Positions 6,327 through 14,609 of a DNA stretch of 15,277 bases are shown here, in pieces (position 1 is the first letter of the stretch; every line of letters starts with the position of its first letter). Position numbers and translations under genes: made by a program. This stretch comes from Nanopusillaceae archaeon (lineage in GTDB: Archaea; Nanobdellota; Nanobdellia; Nanobdellales; Nanobdellaceae): NCBI GenBank assembly GCA_049974095.1, contig JBMFJD010000012.1, forward strand, positions 2,723 through 17,999, written 5' to 3'. The notes beneath the pieces were generated by a model. It saw nothing but the letters and a program-made list of their open reading frames with translations, was not told where the DNA came from and searched no databases.

Positions 6327-7405
6327 TATGAGTTTGCAGGAGTATATTCGAGGTATATAGCATTTAAAGCAGCACCAAAGTAGCTAATTGCAAAACCAGA
6401 TACAGTTATAGAGGATATTTCATTATATTGATTTGGGTCTGCTCCATTATTTATTAATACTTGTCTTAGATCATAAAATCCTGGAGTAAGGTATATATTA
6501 CAATCACTAAAATATGCCGACAATGTACTAACAATACATACATTAACACTACTATTAGTAGAGGGGTTTGTTATGCTATAAACAACATACATAAACGAAA
6601 AAGTAGCATATGGCGCAGACATAGGATTAGCACCAATTATTACGGGATATGATGGGTTATAGTATACATTTAAAGTTCTAATCATAGCTCCATTAGGTGC
6701 TATACCATTACCTGCCCATATAGTTCTAGTAGAATCATATGGAGCAGCAGTAAATACGCCACCATTCCCACACCAACCACCGTCCAAGGTTGTATTTGTA
6801 CCACAGTAAGGTTGATATGGTCCTTGTATAGAGTTACCAGCAAAAAGAAATGGAGATGGATAATATATATATAAATAATATGTTCCATTACTGAATATTC
6901 CACAACTTCCAGTTCCAGAACCTATAACAATTTCAAATGTTTGAGGTAAACCAGTAACATTATCATAGGATAATACATTCGATCGATATTGATATTCGGT
7001 CCAATATGAATATACGCCAGGATCTGTATTTGGACAAAGATTAATTAGTTGACCATTAGAGTTTGTTATTGCTACTACAGCGGGCCATGCAAATTCACAT
7101 TCTGAAGCATTTATTGAGGTAACATAAGGATCATAAGTCTTACAATATTGAAGTTGTTGTTGTAATACTTGTTCGGGAACTGTAAATTTAATAATTTGTA
7201 AATTTGCAGATGTAAATGCTTTAGATATATTAAAAACCCCAACTAATTGTGTAGTAAAAGTTGGGATACAAACACTATTCATACAAAAATATTGCCACAT
7301 AGGTTGAGGTGATTGAGAATATATTTTGTAAGGTAATATTAATAATAATAATAAAGGGAGTATGTATAATATCTTTCTCATAATATTATATTTGTTATAT
7401 ATCAT
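6326..7405 (-). CDS. Secreted putative glycoprotein, family A, copy A1 (359 aa; 351 aa if started at the second ATG, 7381)
   Basis: Signal peptide MRKILYILPLLLLLILPYKIYSQ. Family-A motifs are FTVPEQVLQQQLQYCKTYDPY, YDNVTGLPQTFEI, YIYYPSPF, DGGWCG and GADPNQYNEI. Many N-X-S/T sequons and no C-terminal anchor. Confidence 0.9.
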   Translation of the reverse strand: MIYNKYNIMRKILYILPLLLLLILPYKIYSQSPQPMWQYFCMNSVCIPTFTTQLVGVFNISKAFTSANLQIIKFTVPEQVLQQQLQYCKTYDPYVTSINASECEFAWPAVVAITNSNGQLINLCPNTDPGVYSYWTEYQYRSNVLSYDNVTGLPQTFEIVIGSGTGSCGIFSNGTYYLYIYYPSPFLFAGNSIQGPYQPYCGTNTTLDGGWCGNGGVFTAAPYDSTRTIWAGNGIAPNGAMIRTLNVYYNPSYPVIIGANPMSAPYATFSFMYVVYSITNPSTNSSVNVCIVSTLSAYFSDCNIYLTPGFYDLRQVLINNGADPNQYNEISSITVSGFAISYFGAALNAIYLEYTPANS

Positions 7406-7412
7406 TATAAAA
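7379..7412 (-). promoter_or_regulatory. Conserved 5' module, copy 1 of 6 (TATA box TTTATAA + 24-nt spacer + second ATG) for A1
   Basis: The sense strand reads TTTTATAATGATATATAACAAATATAATATTATG. The TATA box is centred about 27 nt upstream of the ATG at 7379-7381. Confidence 0.45.
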
Positions 7413-8906
7413 CTAAGCTATATAGAAACCTAATTGACCTCCATATAGATTTACCTGTAGTCCCAATGGAGTTTGTTGATACATTACAGAACCATTAGTA
7501 TAGATATTCAACAATGAATAATATCCTGACTCTTGAAGATTTACGAAATAGTTGAATACAGAGGATGGTTGACTAAAATCACTGTATGTATTATTAGTTA
7601 CAAATAAATATAGTATAGTAGGTACCATTGAAGTTACTTGTGGGATATTAACAAATATTAGTGCTGAACCATAATTTTGATAATACTGATTATCAAAAAA
7701 GTATGGTAATAATTGATAAGTATTTAATCCGGGGTTATATTCCATGATAATAAAGTTATTTGAAGATATATTTATTCCATAGGCTTGTTGTAAATATTGA
7801 TTATCTATTAATATTGGAAATACTGCATTAGAGACAGTATTATGTGGAAAGATATAAATGGGGATAGCGTATAAGAATCTAACGGATCTAGTATATGATG
7901 TTAATGTGGGGGTACCAATAGAGTAAGAATATGCACCTATAGGAGGAGTTACTCCATATACGTATACAAAGTTCTGATTAGGATTCCAAGTAAATATTGC
8001 TATTGCGGTTTTGTATTGAGGATAACTATCAACTATTTGAATATCATAAGTGGATTGAGTAGGTTGGAATTGTAGATTAATAAAGTTTCTACTTCCATAA
8101 TCTACTCCATTAACTGTAATATCATTTGGAACATAATTAGGTATATTTGGAATTGTATTATTTGGACCAATTAGGTATGGATATATTAATAATTGTATTG
8201 GGATGGAACCTATAGCTACAGCTACTGCATTTACTGTTTTAGTATTACTAGTGGTTGTTACTGTATAGTTGGTTATTTGAACGTTAACATCACTTTGATA
8301 TATTTCTGGAGAAGTAAAATTTAATATACCAATGCTAAAATTGGTATCTTGGGTTATTTGATCACTATAGGATAAAGCATTTAGAGATATAGTATAAGAG
8401 AAATTAAGATATGGGGAAGATTGATCATTTTGAGTAGCAATATATATTGTATTTAAACCTGGAAAGAGATTTGGTAGAGCATTATTAAAGAAACATACAG
8501 ATGACGTACAAGAATATGTAATATTATTAACATTATTTGTATCTACCCATATATCAGTAGGACCTGATCCATAAACAGTTAATAATATTTGACCTCCATT
8601 TTGTAATAAAAATTGATATAAAGTAGGATCAATAGATATATTAGATTCTACAATAAATAATGTATCATTGGGATAATATTGCCATTCATTACCTGTATAT
8701 GATACATTAAAGGGTTGAAATGTTACATTTGGATTAGGAACAGAAACACTATTTAAGGTTCCTACTGTTGCATTATACATAGAAGTTATGTTAATATAAT
8801 ATACATCTGCTGTTTGAGGAAATATTCTATAGGATAGTACTATTAGAGGTAATAATGATAATAGGTATAATATCCTTCTCATATTATTATATTTGTTATA
8901 TATCAT
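7413..8906 (-). CDS. Secreted putative glycoprotein, family B, copy B1 (497 aa)
   Basis: Signal peptide MRRILYLLSLLPLIVLSYRIFPQ. The N-terminal domain runs YYINITSMYNATVG...NEWQYYPNDTLFIVE...GLNTIYIATQN. The C-terminal half EIYQSDVNVQITNYTV...NLYGGQLGFYIA is highly conserved. I hand-counted only about 5 Lys/Arg in the mature protein. Confidence 0.9.
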   Translation of the reverse strand: MIYNKYNNMRRILYLLSLLPLIVLSYRIFPQTADVYYINITSMYNATVGTLNSVSVPNPNVTFQPFNVSYTGNEWQYYPNDTLFIVESNISIDPTLYQFLLQNGGQILLTVYGSGPTDIWVDTNNVNNITYSCTSSVCFFNNALPNLFPGLNTIYIATQNDQSSPYLNFSYTISLNALSYSDQITQDTNFSIGILNFTSPEIYQSDVNVQITNYTVTTTSNTKTVNAVAVAIGSIPIQLLIYPYLIGPNNTIPNIPNYVPNDITVNGVDYGSRNFINLQFQPTQSTYDIQIVDSYPQYKTAIAIFTWNPNQNFVYVYGVTPPIGAYSYSIGTPTLTSYTRSVRFLYAIPIYIFPHNTVSNAVFPILIDNQYLQQAYGINISSNNFIIMEYNPGLNTYQLLPYFFDNQYYQNYGSALIFVNIPQVTSMVPTILYLFVTNNTYSDFSQPSSVFNYFVNLQESGYYSLLNIYTNGSVMYQQTPLGLQVNLYGGQLGFYIA

Positions 8907-8913
8907 TATAAAA
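8880..8913 (-). promoter_or_regulatory. Conserved 5' module, copy 2 of 6, for B1
   Basis: Same TTTTATAATGATATATAACAAATATAATAATATG-type sequence as the other copies; second ATG at 8880-8882. Confidence 0.45.
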
Positions 8914-8939
8914 TATTAGTTTATGAAATATGATTAATA

Positions 8940-9962
8940 CTAGGTTTCAGGTATATACTGGAGAATCATACCATAAACAGACATCTCTGAAGCACCACTA
9001 ACACTTGAATTTGGAAATATTTTTATATTAACAATTTCATTCCATTGATTAGGATCTAGACCATTTTGAAGTTCTAATGATCTAAGATCATATATAGCAT
9101 TAGAATATGGTATATATATTGTTCGATTTTGGTCGGTATATGGATTTTTTATGGTTATATATCCATATACAGAAGGAGATAGCGAACCTATGAGTACTGG
9201 ATAAAATGGATTAAATCTTACATATAAATATCTGGTTATATTCACATTACCCATTAAACCACCAAAATAATAAAGTATCTGAGAATATGGGTATCTATAA
9301 TGACTGCTTATATAATCTATATAAGATGACCCAAATCCACCCGTATCTGAACACCAACCACCATCGAAATCCGAAGATGTTATATTTGATAGATTAGAGG
9401 GACATTGTATAAGGTACGTAAGGTTTGACATAGATTCAAAAGAATAATAAAATGGAGATGGGTAGTATACATATATATAATATGTACCTGGACTCAGAGA
9501 ACCTATATCTATCTCAAATGTTTGAGGTAAACCTGTAGTATTATCATAAGAAATAGGTATTGTATAATAAGGTATTTGATACTGAACTAAAGAGAGACTA
9601 GAATCATATAAAGCAACTAACGCAGGGTAAGCAAAATCACATTGGGATAAATTTATTGATGTAATATATGGATCATAGGTTTTACAATAATATAGTTGTT
9701 GTTGTAATACTTGTTTGGGAACTGTAAAAGTAATAGATATTAAATTATTTGATTTGGTTATATTAAGTTGATATACTAACTGAGTAGTATATAGAGGAAG
9801 ATTAGTCCCCCAAAGAGATCTATTTTCAACGACTACCCCAACAGGACCTGCCTCAGGCCAAATAGGTGATTGAGAATATACTTTGTAAGGTAATATTACT
9901 AATAACAATAGTGGTAGTATATAAAATATCTTTCTCATAATATTATATTTGTTATTCATCAT
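8940..9962 (-). CDS. Secreted putative glycoprotein, family A, copy A2 (340 aa)
   Basis: Signal peptide MRKIFYILPLLLLVILPYKVYSQ. Motifs are FTVPKQVLQQQLYYCKTYDPYITSINLSQC, YDNTTGLPQTFEI, YVYYPSPF, DGGWC and LELQNGLDPNQWNEIVNI. Confidence 0.9.
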   Translation of the reverse strand: MMNNKYNIMRKIFYILPLLLLVILPYKVYSQSPIWPEAGPVGVVVENRSLWGTNLPLYTTQLVYQLNITKSNNLISITFTVPKQVLQQQLYYCKTYDPYITSINLSQCDFAYPALVALYDSSLSLVQYQIPYYTIPISYDNTTGLPQTFEIDIGSLSPGTYYIYVYYPSPFYYSFESMSNLTYLIQCPSNLSNITSSDFDGGWCSDTGGFGSSYIDYISSHYRYPYSQILYYFGGLMGNVNITRYLYVRFNPFYPVLIGSLSPSVYGYITIKNPYTDQNRTIYIPYSNAIYDLRSLELQNGLDPNQWNEIVNIKIFPNSSVSGASEMSVYGMILQYIPET

Positions 9963-9969
9963 TATAAAA
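9936..9969 (-). promoter_or_regulatory. Conserved 5' module, copy 3 of 6, for A2
   Basis: The sense strand reads TTTTATAATGATGAATAACAAATATAATATTATG, identical to the B2 copy; second ATG at 9936-9938. Confidence 0.45.
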
Positions 9970-11985
9970 TTAGGATATATAGAAACCTAATTGGCCTCCA
10001 TATAAGTTAGCCTGTAATCCCAATGGTGTTTGTTGATACATTACTGAACCATTGGTGTAGATATTCAGTAATGAATAATATCCTGACTCTTGAAGATTTA
10101 CGAAATAGTTGAATACAGAGGATGGTTGACTAAAATCACTATATGTATTATTAGTTACAAATAAATATAGTATAGTAGGTACCATCGAGGTAACTTGTGG
10201 TACATTAACAAATATTAATGCGGATTCATAGTTTTGATAATATTGATTATCAAAGAAGTATGGAAGTAATTGATAAGTATTTAACCCTGGATTGTATTGC
10301 ATTATAATAAAGTTATTTGAAGATATATTAACACCGTAATTTTGTTGTAAGTATTGATTATCTATTAATAGTGGGAATACTGCATTAGAGACAGTATTAT
10401 GTGGGAATATGTATATTGGGATGGCGTATAAGAAACCTACTGATTTTGTATATGATGTTAACGTAGGAGTACCTATTGAATATGAGTATGTGCCAGGTAA
10501 GGGTGTAACACCAGGCGTTACACTATATACATATACAAAGTTTTGATTAGGATTCCAGGTAAATATTGCTATTGCGGTTTTGTATTGAGGATAACTATCA
10601 GTTATCTGGATATTATATGTTGATTGCGTGGGAACAAAATTTAGATTAATGAAATTAGCACTGCTATAGTATATTCCATTAATTATAATTTGATTTGGAA
10701 CATAATTAGTTATACTAGGAAATTCTCCATTAGGACCAATAAGAAATGCGTACAATAATAAAGGCACTGGTATAGAACCAGTAGCTACAGCTACGGCATT
10801 TACTGTTTTAGAAGTATTAGTAATTGTTACTGTATAGTTTGTTATTTGAACGTTAACATCACTTTGATATATTTCTGGAGGTGTAAGATTAACTATGTCA
10901 ATACTAAAGTTAATATCTTGATTTATAGATAAAGCAAGATTATGTAGATTATCAGAGATAGTATAACCAAAATTAAAAATTATAACTGGTAGTTGATTTT
11001 CAACAACAATATATATTGTATTTAAACCTGGAGAGAGGTTTAGTGGAACACTATAGTAATTATACATATTATAATAACTATAGGTGACATTACTTACATT
11101 ATTTGTATCTACCCATATATAGGTAGGACCTGATCCATAAACAGTTAATAATATTTGACCCCCATTTTGTAATAAAAATTGATATAGATTGGGATCTATA
11201 GTTATATTAGTTTCTACAATAAATAATGTATCATTGGGATAATATTGCCATTCATTACCTGTATATGATACATTAAAGGGTTGAAATGTTACATTTGGAG
11301 GTAAGGAAGTAATACTGGATAAGTCGCCTACTGTTGCATTATACATAGAGGTTATATTAATGTAGTATATACCTGGTGGCGGAGGATAGGACGTAAGGTT
11401 CGATAAATTAATACTAAGGTTTGTATCATTAAGTATTTGAACACTATAAGAGTAGATACTTATAGATATATTATAAAATAAGACAAAATATACGGAAGAT
11501 TGTTGATTTTGAGTAGCAATATATATTGTGTTTAAACCTGGAGCGAGATTTAGTGGAACATTATTAAAGGAACCTATAGGCATTGTAGATGAATATGTAA
11601 CATTACTTACATTATTTGTATCTACCCATATATAGGTAGGACCTGATCCATAAACAGTTAATAATATTTGACCCCCATTTTGTAATAAAAATTGATATAG
11701 ATTGGGATCTATAGTTATATTAGTTTCTACAATAAATAATGTATCATTGGGATAATATTGCCATTCATTACCTGTATATGATACATTAAAGGGTTGAAAT
11801 GTTACATTAGGAGGTAAGGATGTAATACTGGATAAGCTACCATTTGTTACATTATACATAGAGGTTATATTAATGTAGTATATACCTTCAGTTTGTGGGT
11901 ATATCCTATACGATAGTACTACTAGAAATAATATAGGTAATAGGTATAATATCTTTCTCATAATATTATATTTGTTATTCATCAT
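9970..11985 (-). CDS. Secreted putative glycoprotein, family B, copy B2 (671 aa), with its N-terminal domain tandemly duplicated
   Basis: Same signal peptide and C-terminal half as B1 and B3. The GIYYINITSMYN... domain occurs at aa 34 and again at aa 205. Confidence 0.9.
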   Translation of the reverse strand: MMNNKYNIMRKILYLLPILFLVVLSYRIYPQTEGIYYINITSMYNVTNGSLSSITSLPPNVTFQPFNVSYTGNEWQYYPNDTLFIVETNITIDPNLYQFLLQNGGQILLTVYGSGPTYIWVDTNNVSNVTYSSTMPIGSFNNVPLNLAPGLNTIYIATQNQQSSVYFVLFYNISISIYSYSVQILNDTNLSINLSNLTSYPPPPGIYYINITSMYNATVGDLSSITSLPPNVTFQPFNVSYTGNEWQYYPNDTLFIVETNITIDPNLYQFLLQNGGQILLTVYGSGPTYIWVDTNNVSNVTYSYYNMYNYYSVPLNLSPGLNTIYIVVENQLPVIIFNFGYTISDNLHNLALSINQDINFSIDIVNLTPPEIYQSDVNVQITNYTVTITNTSKTVNAVAVATGSIPVPLLLYAFLIGPNGEFPSITNYVPNQIIINGIYYSSANFINLNFVPTQSTYNIQITDSYPQYKTAIAIFTWNPNQNFVYVYSVTPGVTPLPGTYSYSIGTPTLTSYTKSVGFLYAIPIYIFPHNTVSNAVFPLLIDNQYLQQNYGVNISSNNFIIMQYNPGLNTYQLLPYFFDNQYYQNYESALIFVNVPQVTSMVPTILYLFVTNNTYSDFSQPSSVFNYFVNLQESGYYSLLNIYTNGSVMYQQTPLGLQANLYGGQLGFYIS
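10861..11886 (-). repeat. In-frame tandem duplication, 2 x 513 bp (171 aa), inside B2
   Basis: A long, near-identical DNA block occurs twice, from about 11101 to 11296 and from about 11614 to 11809. ATTTGTATCT begins at 11101 and again at 11614, an offset of 513. Protein aa 55-132 and aa 226-303 are identical. Confidence 0.9.
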
Positions 11986-11992
11986 TATAAAA
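11959..11992 (-). promoter_or_regulatory. Conserved 5' module, copy 4 of 6, for B2
   Basis: Same sequence as the A2 copy; second ATG at 11959-11961. Confidence 0.45.
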
Positions 11993-13483
11993 TTAGGATA
12001 TATAGAATCCTAATTGGCCTCCATATAAGTTAGCCTGTAATCCAAGTGGAGTTTGTTGATACATTACTGATCCATTGGTATAGATATTCAGTAATGAGTA
12101 ATATCCCGATTCTTGTAAGTTTACGAAATAGTTGAATACAGAGGATGGTTGACTAAAATCACTATATGTACTATTAGTTACAAATAAATACAATATTGTT
12201 GGGACCATTGATGTAACTTGAGGAATATTAACAAATATTAATGCAGGTCCGTAGTTTTGATAATATTGATTATCAAAGAAGTATGGAAGTAATTGATAAT
12301 TATTTAACCCTGGATTGTATTGCATTATTATGAAATTGTTTGAAGATATATTAACACCGTAATTTTGTTGTAAGTATTGATTATCTATTAATAGTGGGAA
12401 TACTGCATTAGAGACAGTATTATGTGGAAATATATAAATGGGTATTGCATATAAGAATCTAACGGATCTAGTATAAGATGTTAATGTTGGGGTACCTATC
12501 GAATAAGAATATGAACCTACTAGTGGCGTTATACCATAGACATATACAAAGTTTTGATTAGGATTCCAAGTAAATATTGCTATTGCTGTTTTATATTGAG
12601 TATAGTTATCTGTTATCTGAATATCGTAAATAGATTGGTTTGGTACAAAATCCAGATTAATAAAACTTACACTTCCGTAATTTACTCCATTAACTATAAT
12701 ATCACTTGGAACATAATTAGTTATATTAGCAATAGTACCATTTGGATCAATTAGGTATGGATATAGTAATAATTGTATTGGGATAGAACCAGTAGCTACA
12801 GCTACCGCATTTACTATTTTAGTATTATTAGTAATTGTTACTGTATAGTTGGTTATTTGGACATTAACATCACTTTGATATATTTCTGGAGAAGTAAGAT
12901 TTAGTATACCAAAACTAATGTTTGTATCTTGAGTTATCTGAGCACTATATGAGAAACCATTTAGAGATATAGTATAAGAGAAATTAAGATATGAAAATGA
13001 TTGTTGATTTTGAGTAGCAATATATATTGTATTTAAACCTGGAGAGAGATTCAGTGGAATAGTAGTAGAACATGAAGACGAATTACAAGAATATGTAACA
13101 TTATTGATATTATTTGTATTAGCCCATACATAAGTAGGACCTGATGGAGAAACATCTAGATATGTTATACCACCACTCTTTGTAAAAAGTTGATATATGG
13201 TAGGATCAATAGTTATATTAGACTCTACAATAAATAATGTATCATTTGGATAATATTGCCATTCATTACTATCATATGAGACATTAAAGGGTTGGAATAC
13301 TACATTGGGAGGTAAGGAAGTAATGTTAGATAAATTACCTACTGTTGCATTATACATAGAGGTTATGTTGATATAATATACACCTGCTGTTTGTGAGTAT
13401 ACTCTATAAGAGAGTACTAATAATAATAATAGTGGAAGTATGTACAATATCTTTCTCATAATATTATATTTGTTATATATCAT
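11993..13483 (-). CDS. Secreted putative glycoprotein, family B, copy B3 (496 aa)
   Basis: Signal peptide MRKILYILPLLLLLVLSYRVYSQ. Collinear with B1 over its full length, and its C-terminal ~150 aa are nearly identical to those of B2. Confidence 0.9.
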   Translation of the reverse strand: MIYNKYNIMRKILYILPLLLLLVLSYRVYSQTAGVYYINITSMYNATVGNLSNITSLPPNVVFQPFNVSYDSNEWQYYPNDTLFIVESNITIDPTIYQLFTKSGGITYLDVSPSGPTYVWANTNNINNVTYSCNSSSCSTTIPLNLSPGLNTIYIATQNQQSFSYLNFSYTISLNGFSYSAQITQDTNISFGILNLTSPEIYQSDVNVQITNYTVTITNNTKIVNAVAVATGSIPIQLLLYPYLIDPNGTIANITNYVPSDIIVNGVNYGSVSFINLDFVPNQSIYDIQITDNYTQYKTAIAIFTWNPNQNFVYVYGITPLVGSYSYSIGTPTLTSYTRSVRFLYAIPIYIFPHNTVSNAVFPLLIDNQYLQQNYGVNISSNNFIIMQYNPGLNNYQLLPYFFDNQYYQNYGPALIFVNIPQVTSMVPTILYLFVTNSTYSDFSQPSSVFNYFVNLQESGYYSLLNIYTNGSVMYQQTPLGLQANLYGGQLGFYIS

Positions 13484-13490
13484 TATAAAA
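13457..13490 (-). promoter_or_regulatory. Conserved 5' module, copy 5 of 6, for B3
   Basis: Same module; second ATG at 13457-13459. Further upstream, 13491-13509 matches 8914-8932 (the region upstream of B1). Confidence 0.45.
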
Positions 13491-13543
13491 TATTGGTTTA
13501 TGAAATATATAGAATATTATGTAGTATTACTTATGCAATATAT

Positions 13544-14602
13544 CTATGTTTGAGGAACATAAATTAAAGAAAAACCATATATATGTACCACACTAGTATG
13601 AATCGAGCCACTTATACTTATATTAACAATTTCATTCCATTGATTAGGATCTAAACCATTTTGAAGTTCTAATAATCTAAGATCGTATAAAGGTCCACCG
13701 GAGAATGTTATAGTTTTGGTTTGACCTGTAGATGGATTCATTACAGTAACTGAACCTTGATCGTATCCAGAACTATCTAAAGCATAAAAAAGATAAAATA
13801 ATAGGTATCCGATCATAACAGGGTACGATGGATTAAATTTCACATAAAGATATCTAGTCAATATAAAGTTACCATCATATCCTCCACTTAGAGATACGCC
13901 CCATGGATAATAATACTCAAAAAAGTAATATGATGTATACATACCTCCACACCAGCCACCATTGAAATCATAAGAAGATACATTTGTAAGGTTAAAGGGA
14001 CATGATGAAATATTAGAACTAGTTAACGAATATATAGAATAGAAGGATGGACCTGGATAATATACATATAAATAAAAAGAATTATTTAGGTTGTAAAATA
14101 AAGGAGATTCATAATTTGTACCGAGAAAGATCGCAAATGTATTAGGTAGTCCCGTTGTGTTGTCATAATCAATAGGGATTATTTGTCCTTTTGAATAAAC
14201 AATATTATATGCATTTGGATTATTATATATATCTATAGCCGGTGAGCTATATAAAACAGCAATTATTGGATATGCGAAAACACATTGAGATAGGTTTATT
14301 GATGTAATATATGGATCATAGGTTTTACAATAGTATAGTTGTTGTTGTAATACTTGTTCAGGAACTGTAAAGGTAATAATTTGAATATTTGAAGAATTAA
14401 AACCATCAGGTAGATTGAATGCATAAACTAACTGACTCAAATATAAGGGAATACTTGCAGATCCACTAATATAGCCACTTTTAGAAAATGTAGGCCAAAC
14501 AGGTTGTAGAGAATATACATTGTATATGAACGATACTTCTGGTAATAGGAAGAGTAATAAATAGAGAATTCTCCTCATAATATTATATTTGTTATATATC
14601 AT
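13544..14602 (-). CDS. Secreted putative glycoprotein, family A, copy A3 (352 aa), first gene of the array
   Basis: Signal peptide MRRILYLLLFLLPEVSFIYNVYS. Motifs are FTVPEQVLQQQLYYCKTYDPYITSINLSQC, YDNTTGLPNTFAI, YVYYPGPS, NGGWCG and LELQNGLDPNQWNEIVNI. Confidence 0.9.
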   Translation of the reverse strand: MIYNKYNIMRRILYLLLFLLPEVSFIYNVYSLQPVWPTFSKSGYISGSASIPLYLSQLVYAFNLPDGFNSSNIQIITFTVPEQVLQQQLYYCKTYDPYITSINLSQCVFAYPIIAVLYSSPAIDIYNNPNAYNIVYSKGQIIPIDYDNTTGLPNTFAIFLGTNYESPLFYNLNNSFYLYVYYPGPSFYSIYSLTSSNISSCPFNLTNVSSYDFNGGWCGGMYTSYYFFEYYYPWGVSLSGGYDGNFILTRYLYVKFNPSYPVMIGYLLFYLFYALDSSGYDQGSVTVMNPSTGQTKTITFSGGPLYDLRLLELQNGLDPNQWNEIVNISISGSIHTSVVHIYGFSLIYVPQT

Positions 14603-14609
14603 TATAAAT
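14576..14609 (-). promoter_or_regulatory. Conserved 5' module, copy 6 of 6, for A3
   Basis: The sense strand reads TTTATAATGATATATAACAAATATAATATTATG; second ATG at 14576-14578. Confidence 0.45.

Noticed and set aside
6326-14602. A and B proteins as type IV pilin or archaellin-like subunits
   Set aside because: The N-termini have a long hydrophobic core followed by a YSQ-type cleavage context, which indicates a Sec signal. A class III signal would have a short basic leader cleaved before the hydrophobic helix. No prepilin peptidase or assembly ATPase genes are present.
7379-14609. Six near-identical ~34-bp elements that could be read as CRISPR repeats
   Set aside because: Their spacing is 1.0-2.0 kb rather than 30-50 bp. 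Each sits exactly at a gene start and continues into a conserved signal-peptide coding sequence. No cas genes or leader are present.
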